Made by a program: the position numbers and the translations under genes. From Bugula neritina (taxonomy: Eukaryota; Animalia; Bryozoa), in contig OZ037767.1 in the NCBI GenBank assembly GCA_964035545.1, positions 5,658,707-5,722,706 on the forward strand: a stretch of DNA of 64,000 bases. The letters are read 5' to 3'. This document shows positions 1 to 7,906 of the stretch, piece by piece. The notes below the pieces were generated by a model. It was not told where the DNA came from and searched no databases. It saw nothing but the letters and a program-made list of their open reading frames with translations. Each line of letters opens with the position of its first letter. Positions within the stretch are counted from its first letter, which is position 1.

Positions 1-2
1 AC

Positions 3-183
3 TCTCATACGAGCTTATAGTCACTATCCCTGTGAGAATCCCTGACGGAAAGGGTTCTTTAAAATATACTAAGGAGCTTTTCTACTGTAGAAAATCATGA
101 CTAGATGCTCTTCCTAACATCAACACTGGTATTCAGACTCGAGCCACTGACTTCGTGTTCACTATGCCACGGCTGCTCCTTGG
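3..183 (-). mobile_element. tRNA-derived SINE (same family, degenerate)
   Basis: TAGTCACTATCCCTGTGAGAA and ATGACTAGATGCTCTTCCTAACATCA are reverse complements of the family tail and core. Confidence 0.75.
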
Positions 184-249
184 TCATTTATATACTATAT
201 TACTATAAAACTATTTTTATAAAAAAAAAACAAAAAGTAATAGAAAACA

Positions 250-310
250 AGTCCTTGGCCTGCTAAGAAAAAAATTTTCCATCAGGGGTTCTAACAGGGA
301 TGGTAACTAT
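250..310 (+). mobile_element. SINE 3' fragment interrupted by the LTR element
   Basis: CCATCAGGGGTTCTAACAGGGATGGTAACTAT matches the family tail and resumes after 7604. Confidence 0.7.
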
Positions 311-1301
311 TGTAGTAAAAAATATTATTAGAGCCATCGAGCAGTACACGTTGCGTCAAGTTGACGGCCCTCAATAACAATATTGTGAATATAGAGACTA
401 GGTCAAGGTGATTTTTATCGGACTTGCAAGTTAAATCATTCTGGCAATAATTTAACTAACTCAAAGCTAGGTCAACTAATTTTGATATATTGTGATTGGT
501 TGATACAAGTTGTAATGCTAATTTTATATTAAATTTGTTGAGTTTTATAACATTTTTGTATGTAAATAATTGGTTGTACTCCAAGACGTCCGTTTTGTGC
601 TCCAAGACGTCCGTAATATGGATATAAATAGAGTTGTAATTTTTAGTAGCAGTCAGTCGACTGTTGCCTGTTGTAATGTTTATAATTGACTCTTATAAAT
701 ATAATAAATTTTATTCTTTGCGAAATACTCTGCTCTTTGATTAGGTTGCTATTGAGTTGGCAATAGTGGTGGTTAGTTTCTATAGGTTTGTCAATGGTGA
801 TTACTTGCGCTGCAATTCCTGTTGAATCTCGGTGATTCAAATCCCAGGAATCTGATTTCTGTCACTGTCTCTGACTACAGCTGCTGTGATATAAATCGGC
901 GAACCATAGCCGTGTCCCTGTCACGCTCCAGCACTGTTACCGAACACCAGAAATCATTTTTCCACTGTAGTGACTCTCTTGCGTTGCAGAATTCCTGTCG
1001 AGTCTCTGCGATTCGAACATCAGGAATCAGATTTCTGTCACTGTCTCTGACTACAGTTGCTGTGATAAAAATCGGCGAACCATAGCCGTGTCCCTATCAC
1101 ACTTCAGCACTGTTACCGAACACCAGAAATCAATAGTCACTGGAAAATATTAAAATCACATTAGCAAATAATTTGGCAACAAACAGTATTAGATAGTTTA
1201 ATTAGTTTTCCGCACAAGGGAATTCTATTCCGACCCTCATTGTTAAGTGAGATTACTTACCGTCAATAGTGACACCTGGTGTCAGACACAAATTTACTTC
1301 A
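311..1301 (+). repeat. 5' LTR
   Basis: Starts TGTAGT, ends ACTTCA; direct repeat of 6610-7600 with no differences noticed by eye. Confidence 0.97.
579..708 (+). promoter_or_regulatory. LTR core promoter and polyadenylation signal
   Basis: Twin CTCCAAGACGTCCGT repeats (579-593, 600-614), TATAAA at 623-628, Inr-like TCAGTC at 653-658 (30 nt from the TATA start), AATAAA at 703-708. Confidence 0.6.
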
Positions 1302-1302
1302 C

Positions 1303-1320
1303 TGGTGGCAGCGGTGGGAT
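1303..1320 (+). other. Primer binding site, tRNA-Leu (AAG/UAG type)
   Basis: TGGTGGCAGCGGTGGGAT, 1 nt after the LTR, is complementary to the 3' end ...ATCCCACCGCTGCCA-CCA of metazoan tRNA-Leu. Confidence 0.9.
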
Positions 1321-1355
1321 ATTTCTAGAGCAATACTAGACAACCCACTATAAAG

Positions 1356-2192
1356 ATGGCAGAAGAAGCTCTTCGTGAAGCCGCTGCAGGAATTCGAGAC
1401 ATGGCAAAGGAGGCTGCTACTATACTTAATCAACGGCAACATACTCGCCTACCACCCCCGTCATTTGATGGCACTACTGATGTGGACGAGTTCTTACGTA
1501 GGTTCGAACAAGTCCGAGTACTTAATAAGTGGGAGGATGCAGAAACTGAGCTACGTTTTGATATGGCTGTAACTGGTGCAGCAAAGCGCGGATTACCAGA
1601 GGGCACTTATAAACATCGTGCTGGTCAACTCCGAACCAGGTATCAACTCACAGAGCAAGGAGCCAGTCAGCTACTGAAGCAGGTCAGCTGGAACCCTAAA
1701 GAAAATATACACGAATTTGCCAACTATCTAAAAAGAATAATTCAGATGGCCATCCCAGAACTAGGTGAGGATGGTAGAATGAAGCGCACTATTAAAGAGC
1801 TAATAAATGCATTACCGGATGAGTATCAAACATTACGCTGGGAACTAAATCATCGCACACCAGAGACTGTGGAAGCCACCATAGACATCATCCACCAGTT
1901 TTCCCAACTACAAACAAACACAACCACAGTGCGTCAAGTGAAGAACGACAGTATGGTTGAGTTAGAAGCTCGGCTGGACCAATACATGGCACAGCAAAAT
2001 AAGATGATGCAGAAACTCATGGAAACTCAAGGAGCCATGCTGGAGAAATTGACCTTGTCAACTGCCTCGGTACAAAGCCGACCCCCTAGAACTGCGCCAA
2101 CGCCAGTTACCTGCTATGCTTGTGGAGAGAAAGGGCACTATGCAAGGAGATGTCCCCAATCTAGACAGGGAAACGATTTAGTTCGACACTAA
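1356..2192 (+). CDS. gag: Gag protein (capsid-like region plus CCHC zinc knuckle)
   Basis: 278-aa ORF just after the PBS. PPSFDG..DVDEFL..FE motif; CYACGEKGHYARRC matches CX2CX4HX4C. Confidence 0.95.
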   Translation: MAEEALREAAAGIRDMAKEAATILNQRQHTRLPPPSFDGTTDVDEFLRRFEQVRVLNKWEDAETELRFDMAVTGAAKRGLPEGTYKHRAGQLRTRYQLTEQGASQLLKQVSWNPKENIHEFANYLKRIIQMAIPELGEDGRMKRTIKELINALPDEYQTLRWELNHRTPETVEATIDIIHQFSQLQTNTTTVRQVKNDSMVELEARLDQYMAQQNKMMQKLMETQGAMLEKLTLSTASVQSRPPRTAPTPVTCYACGEKGHYARRCPQSRQGNDLVRH

Positions 2193-2229
2193 ATGACCCA
2201 GTCACTGTCGAACTGAATCCTATGGGTCG
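2168..2229 (+). promoter_or_regulatory. -1 programmed ribosomal frameshift signal (slippery heptamer plus pseudoknot)
   Basis: G GGA AAC at 2168-2174 in gag phase. Stem GTTCGACA (2181-2188)/TGTCGAAC (2206-2213); loop GACCCA (2195-2200) pairs with TGGGTC (2223-2228). The -1 frame is open into pol. Confidence 0.85.
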
Positions 2230-5200
2230 AACACATGTCCGGTTAACGAAGCAGAGAACCGCCTACTATGTTCCAGTCAAGATTGGAACCCAGGATGAGG
2301 TTATGTTACTTGACAGTGGGTGCACACAGTCAATCCTACCTACATCAGTAATACGTCAAATTGCCGACCACTGTTATACGCCTCTCATTCCTACAACAGG
2401 GCACTGCACACTCGCAGATGGAAAAAGTGTCAAACTGGAAGGTACCACATGCCTCACCTTTAAACTGGGTTCTACTGTCTGCACTCATCAGTTCCTAGTA
2501 GCCAATCTAGACAACCAAATACTACTGGGTCTCAATTTCTTCGAACAATTTCACTGTTACATAGATTTCTCTAATTGCTTGTTCCGAATGGGAGAACAAA
2601 CCATAAGCTGTTGTGATGAACGACGGCAGCCTTTCCACGCCAACGTACAGGCTAAATATGTTACAGTTCTGCCGCCCCGTGCAGAGAGTCTTGTGGAGGC
2701 CCGCATAGTTCGGCCATGGAATCGTCAACATGCTTTCTTGGAGTCAAAAACTTACACTGATGGGGTGGTAATCGCCAGTGCACTATACCATCCTCAGCAG
2801 CAACCAAAGATCTATGTGAGGATGCTTAACCATACAACGGAGCCAGTCACCATTCCACCTGGAAAAGTGCTCACCAGATGCTGTACTGTAGAGTCCATTG
2901 AATCTCCGCAATCCGAAGGTGCTACCCCAGATGCATTTGAACAAGAAGTGAAGAAGTGGTGCCAGCATCTGCCCCCATTAGAAAAACAAGCAGCTACACA
3001 GATGTTGAGGCGACACCGGGGAGTTTTTAGTGCCCACAAATATGACATAGGTCGCACAGACCTAGTAAAACATGAAATCCCTCTAGTGTCGGGGACTCGA
3101 CCCCTCAAACAGAGACCTTATCGTCATGGCCCTGTCCAAGAAGAAGAAATTGAAAGACAAGTGGAAGAATTGAAGGCCCAAGGACTAATCCGTGAAGGGT
3201 ATGGTGCATGGAGTTCACCAGTTGTATTAGTACAGAAGAAGGATGGTACCTGGCGCTTCTGTGTTGACTATCGCAAACTTAATGACAGTACACACAAGGA
3301 TGCTTACCCCCTCCCACGTATAGATGACAGTTTAGATGCGCTGGGAGGCAGCAAATATTTCAGCACTCTAGATCTAACTAGTGGCTATTGGCAGGTAGAA
3401 CGGGAAGAATCAGCAAAGGAAAAAGCGGCATTCTCTACTAGGTCCGGCTTGTGGGAGTGGCAAGTCCTGCCTTTTGGGTTAACCTCAGCGCCCTCTACAT
3501 TTGAACGATTGATGGAGACTGTCCTGAGAGGGTTACATTGGCAAACAGTCCTAATATATCTAGACGACATCATAGTCTTTTCCAAAGATATGAATAGCCA
3601 TCTTGAAAGGCTTGCTGAAGTTTTCCAGCGTCTAACAGCTGCTGGACTTAAATTAAAGCCTCAGAAGTGCACCTTATTTGCCGAACAAGTCCAGTATCTA
3701 GGCCACGTTGTCAGTCAGAATGGTATTTCAACAGATGATTCAAAGGTACAGAGAGTACAGGAGTGGCCTCGACCCCAGCATAAGACAGATGTCAGGGCAT
3801 TCCTGGGTACATGTGGGTACTATCGACGGTTTATCCCTAGGTATTCCGAGGTATCTCGTTCCCTCAGCCAGTTATGTTCAAAAGATTCCAGATTTCAATG
3901 GGATAAGGAGTGCGAATTGGCTTTCAACAAACTCAAGGCTCATCTAGTTACTGCCCCTATTCTTGCATACCCTGATTATGCTAGAGAATTCATACTTGAT
4001 ACAGATGCTAGTCAAGTCGGTACCGGGGCTGTCCTGTCCCAAATCCATGGTGGCGAGGAGAGGGTGGTAAGCTACTACTCTAAGATGTATTCCAGCGAAG
4101 AGAGCAACTATTGTGTCACCAGACAGGAGTTACTGGCAATAATTAAAGCGGTCCGCCATTTTCGGCCTCAACTCTATGGCCGCCAGTTCCTTGTAAGGAC
4201 TGATCATGCTTCACTTGTTTGGCTGCTTCAAAACCCTGCCCCGACAGGACAATTGGCAAGATGGTTGGAAACGCTATCTGAATACAACTTCAGGATACAG
4301 CATAGGAAAGGGCGAAAACATAACAATGCTGATGGACTGAGCCGGCAGATATGCAAAGAATGTAAACAGTGTGACCGAATGTTTCCATCACCTGAGAAGA
4401 AGATCAACCTTTCCCAGACTGCTTTACCAAACAAAGAACCAAGATTCCACTCCACTGCTACCCAGACGGACATAGTGCAAGGAATAACGACTGTACAGGC
4501 TGCACAATTCCCTATTTTCCATCCAAAGACGACTGAGCCACAAGAGTGGTCAGAATGGTTGAAGCCCCCAATGACCCACGTTCCCATGAGTGTAGTACCC
4601 AACGCGGTGAATGACCAGAGAGTGGAAGTTGCTGCGGAGGTTACTCATGTTGCAGTTAAAGCTGTGCCACAGATGAATGTTGAAATGGACACCATTCGTC
4701 AAGCCCAAGAAACAGATGCAGTCATTGGTCCAGTTTATCGCGCATTTCAGAAAGGAGTGAAGCCTAACGTGGACCAAGTGGGCGGAGAGACTAAAGCACT
4801 ACTTCGCTGGTGGGAAGAGCTCAGCCTTCTTGGAGGGCGCCTGATGATAAAAATGAGGCACCGCCGGGAGGGTCACATGGTGACTGTTTTACCTCGTGCA
4901 TTGAGAAGTGAAGTAGTAGAGTCCATCCATAAACAGGCACATTTAGGAGTCAACAAAACGTTACTTGGTGTACAAGAAAAGTGGTATTGGCCTGGAATGT
5001 CAGCCGAGATTAGACGACAAGTTCAGGGTTGTCAACAGTGTCAGCAAGCTAAGCCTGTCCCTCATCGATCCTCCAACCCCCAGAATCATCTTCATGCCGG
5101 ACGCCCCTGGCAGATCCTTGCAATTGACCTCTGTGGACCATTTCCTGAAACAAACCAAGGAAACACACAGATACTGGTACTAGCAGACCATTTCACCCGG

Positions 5201-6676
5201 TGGTATGACGCTATCCCAATAAAAGATGGGACAGCCACAACTGTCGCCCGGGTGCTTGATGAGCGGGTCTTCAGCTACTTTGGAGTCCCAGAATGCATCC
5301 ACTCTGATCAAGGAAAGCAATTCACATCCCAAATCTTTCAGGAGTGCTGTTTGTTGTGGGGCTGTGATAAGACACGATCATCACCGTATCACCCACAAGG
5401 AAATTCCGTGGTCGAGCGGCTAAACAGAACCCTAGGAAATTCCCTGCGTGCCCTTCTAGCCGAATCTCTTCACAGGGAGTGGGATTTGCTAGTTCCACAA
5501 ATCCTGCGGACAATTCGAGCTACACCACACCGAATCACCGGCGAGACCCCAAATTTTCTGATGCTAGGCAGGGAGGTGAAATTGCCTGCAGATCTTTTGT
5601 TCCAGCAAGAAGACCCACAGGAGTTACCAGTGGAAGAGTTTGTGGATAAACTCAAAGAGAGGCTACAACAAGTCCATGAGCGGTTGAGACAACAACAGAT
5701 GGAGATGCCTCAACCTGAAGAGGAAGACAGTCCATATAAGGAAGGCGATAAAGTCTGGTTAAAATCATACTACCAAGGACAGGGACGAGGTGCTAAGCTC
5801 CGTCCTAAATATGTGGGGCCCTACACCATCACTAAAGTGTTGCCGTTCCAGACTTATCGTATGGTAAAGGATGGCAAATACAGTGTTCAACATGAAGGGC
5901 GTATCAAAGCATATGTAGAATCAACTGACTCCAGACAAAAGGATAGAGCACTAGCAGCCACCCCACCTGTTCCAGCGGATACAAGGCCACCTACTGTCGC
6001 AGAAACACCACTGCCCACTATACCATCTCAAGACTCGGTCACCAATGGCTTCATTACAGAGGAAGAAGACGATGTAGAGATCCTGCCTGTCGCACCCCAA
6101 TTATCAGAAGACCCAGCCGTAGTGAGACCTCCCGGAGCCTTACCAGATGCAGAACCCGATGTTGACGTACATAATAGAACTGATGTAGAACCAGAAACCG
6201 ACGGATTACCATCTACCTCCAGTATGAAGGAATTGACCAAGGAGGAAAGTGTTGATGTAAACCGGAAAGACGATGACCATCCCCAAGAAGGCGAGTCTGC
6301 AGCTATAGAGGAGTTAGAAACATATGGTGAAGAAATCCACTCAGCTGATCCTGGCTTTAGATCAAACCGCCAAAGACGCAAACCTGTTCGGTTTGGAGAC
6401 TACCACCTAGATCGAGTACACTCCTGGCCGAAGTCTAACTATACTAACAGAGTTGTGCCAAAGAAGTCAGAGACCCAAACCATTCTACACGCTGACTGGT
6501 TCAGTAACTACCATGAAGAATTTCCTGCATTAGTAGAAGCTGCCAACCCAATTAAAAGACTTAAGAAGGGTCCAATTCCGGGACGGAATTCTATCTCCGG
6601 AGGGGATGGTGTAGTAAAAAATATTATTAGAGCCATCGAGCAGTACACGTTGCGTCAAGTTGACGGCCCTCAATAA
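2222..6676 (+). CDS. pol: Pol polyprotein (protease, RT, RNase H, integrase, acidic tail), probably made as a Gag-Pol fusion
   Basis: LLDSG protease; LPFG and YLDD RT; DAS/TDH RNase H; HHCC, D-D-E (IDLCGP, HSDQG, VERLNR) and GPY integrase. No stops over 1484 aa. Confidence 0.97.
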   Translation: MGRTHVRLTKQRTAYYVPVKIGTQDEVMLLDSGCTQSILPTSVIRQIADHCYTPLIPTTGHCTLADGKSVKLEGTTCLTFKLGSTVCTHQFLVANLDNQILLGLNFFEQFHCYIDFSNCLFRMGEQTISCCDERRQPFHANVQAKYVTVLPPRAESLVEARIVRPWNRQHAFLESKTYTDGVVIASALYHPQQQPKIYVRMLNHTTEPVTIPPGKVLTRCCTVESIESPQSEGATPDAFEQEVKKWCQHLPPLEKQAATQMLRRHRGVFSAHKYDIGRTDLVKHEIPLVSGTRPLKQRPYRHGPVQEEEIERQVEELKAQGLIREGYGAWSSPVVLVQKKDGTWRFCVDYRKLNDSTHKDAYPLPRIDDSLDALGGSKYFSTLDLTSGYWQVEREESAKEKAAFSTRSGLWEWQVLPFGLTSAPSTFERLMETVLRGLHWQTVLIYLDDIIVFSKDMNSHLERLAEVFQRLTAAGLKLKPQKCTLFAEQVQYLGHVVSQNGISTDDSKVQRVQEWPRPQHKTDVRAFLGTCGYYRRFIPRYSEVSRSLSQLCSKDSRFQWDKECELAFNKLKAHLVTAPILAYPDYAREFILDTDASQVGTGAVLSQIHGGEERVVSYYSKMYSSEESNYCVTRQELLAIIKAVRHFRPQLYGRQFLVRTDHASLVWLLQNPAPTGQLARWLETLSEYNFRIQHRKGRKHNNADGLSRQICKECKQCDRMFPSPEKKINLSQTALPNKEPRFHSTATQTDIVQGITTVQAAQFPIFHPKTTEPQEWSEWLKPPMTHVPMSVVPNAVNDQRVEVAAEVTHVAVKAVPQMNVEMDTIRQAQETDAVIGPVYRAFQKGVKPNVDQVGGETKALLRWWEELSLLGGRLMIKMRHRREGHMVTVLPRALRSEVVESIHKQAHLGVNKTLLGVQEKWYWPGMSAEIRRQVQGCQQCQQAKPVPHRSSNPQNHLHAGRPWQILAIDLCGPFPETNQGNTQILVLADHFTRWYDAIPIKDGTATTVARVLDERVFSYFGVPECIHSDQGKQFTSQIFQECCLLWGCDKTRSSPYHPQGNSVVERLNRTLGNSLRALLAESLHREWDLLVPQILRTIRATPHRITGETPNFLMLGREVKLPADLLFQQEDPQELPVEEFVDKLKERLQQVHERLRQQQMEMPQPEEEDSPYKEGDKVWLKSYYQGQGRGAKLRPKYVGPYTITKVLPFQTYRMVKDGKYSVQHEGRIKAYVESTDSRQKDRALAATPPVPADTRPPTVAETPLPTIPSQDSVTNGFITEEEDDVEILPVAPQLSEDPAVVRPPGALPDAEPDVDVHNRTDVEPETDGLPSTSSMKELTKEESVDVNRKDDDHPQEGESAAIEELETYGEEIHSADPGFRSNRQRRKPVRFGDYHLDRVHSWPKSNYTNRVVPKKSETQTILHADWFSNYHEEFPALVEAANPIKRLKKGPIPGRNSISGGDGVVKNIIRAIEQYTLRQVDGPQ
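6599..6609 (+). other. Polypurine tract
   Basis: GGAGGGGATGG directly before the 3' LTR. Confidence 0.85.
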
Positions 6677-7600
6677 CAATATTGTGAATATAGAGACTAG
6701 GTCAAGGTGATTTTTATCGGACTTGCAAGTTAAATCATTCTGGCAATAATTTAACTAACTCAAAGCTAGGTCAACTAATTTTGATATATTGTGATTGGTT
6801 GATACAAGTTGTAATGCTAATTTTATATTAAATTTGTTGAGTTTTATAACATTTTTGTATGTAAATAATTGGTTGTACTCCAAGACGTCCGTTTTGTGCT
6901 CCAAGACGTCCGTAATATGGATATAAATAGAGTTGTAATTTTTAGTAGCAGTCAGTCGACTGTTGCCTGTTGTAATGTTTATAATTGACTCTTATAAATA
7001 TAATAAATTTTATTCTTTGCGAAATACTCTGCTCTTTGATTAGGTTGCTATTGAGTTGGCAATAGTGGTGGTTAGTTTCTATAGGTTTGTCAATGGTGAT
7101 TACTTGCGCTGCAATTCCTGTTGAATCTCGGTGATTCAAATCCCAGGAATCTGATTTCTGTCACTGTCTCTGACTACAGCTGCTGTGATATAAATCGGCG
7201 AACCATAGCCGTGTCCCTGTCACGCTCCAGCACTGTTACCGAACACCAGAAATCATTTTTCCACTGTAGTGACTCTCTTGCGTTGCAGAATTCCTGTCGA
7301 GTCTCTGCGATTCGAACATCAGGAATCAGATTTCTGTCACTGTCTCTGACTACAGTTGCTGTGATAAAAATCGGCGAACCATAGCCGTGTCCCTATCACA
7401 CTTCAGCACTGTTACCGAACACCAGAAATCAATAGTCACTGGAAAATATTAAAATCACATTAGCAAATAATTTGGCAACAAACAGTATTAGATAGTTTAA
7501 TTAGTTTTCCGCACAAGGGAATTCTATTCCGACCCTCATTGTTAAGTGAGATTACTTACCGTCAATAGTGACACCTGGTGTCAGACACAAATTTACTTCA
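6610..7600 (+). repeat. 3' LTR
   Basis: Copy of 311-1301; preceded by the PPT and followed by the TSD CTAT. Confidence 0.97.
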
Positions 7601-7906
7601 CTATAATAAATTCACAGGAGTTTTATACCAAAACTGAAACTTTAAAAAACTAAATTTGCATCCTTATTAGTATAAGCAGTTTCTGATTGTTTTAATATTA
7701 AATAAAGCTCTTCCATTTAAAGAAAGTATTTCTTATATATTTTATCTCCTGTGTTGCTTCATAGCTTTTTAAAAAAATTGGGTTAAAAATCAGTAGTATG
7801 ACAACTCCTAAATAAGTTTCAGCACATGGCGCCAGCCTTTCATTGTTTATTGTGATGACTGTAAAGTAGCCAATCACAATTGAATAAAATTCTTGCTGAG
7901 TTTTAC

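Larger units (their letters stand above)
311..7600 (+). mobile_element. Full-length Ty3/Gypsy LTR retrotransposon, in an intron of and antisense to the WD40 host gene
   Basis: Two 991-bp LTRs (311-1301, 6610-7600) with TG...CA ends. 4-bp target site duplication CTAT (307-310, 7601-7604). PBS, PPT, and intact gag and pol with PR-RT-RH-IN order. Confidence 0.98.

Noticed and set aside
643-1085. Short ORFs in the LTRs (also 6942-7384)
   Set aside because: Non-ATG starts and no domains; they are duplicated only because the LTR is.
804-1132. Hammerhead ribozyme in the LTR repeats
   Set aside because: No CUGANGA/GAAA core found on either strand by eye; other ribozyme classes need a covariance search.
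2522-6381. Antisense and alternative-frame ORFs over pol
   Set aside because: Short shadows of the long pol ORF with no motifs.
5920-6609. env gene or chromodomain
   Set aside because: No separate ORF, no signal peptide or TM, no chromodomain aromatic pattern.
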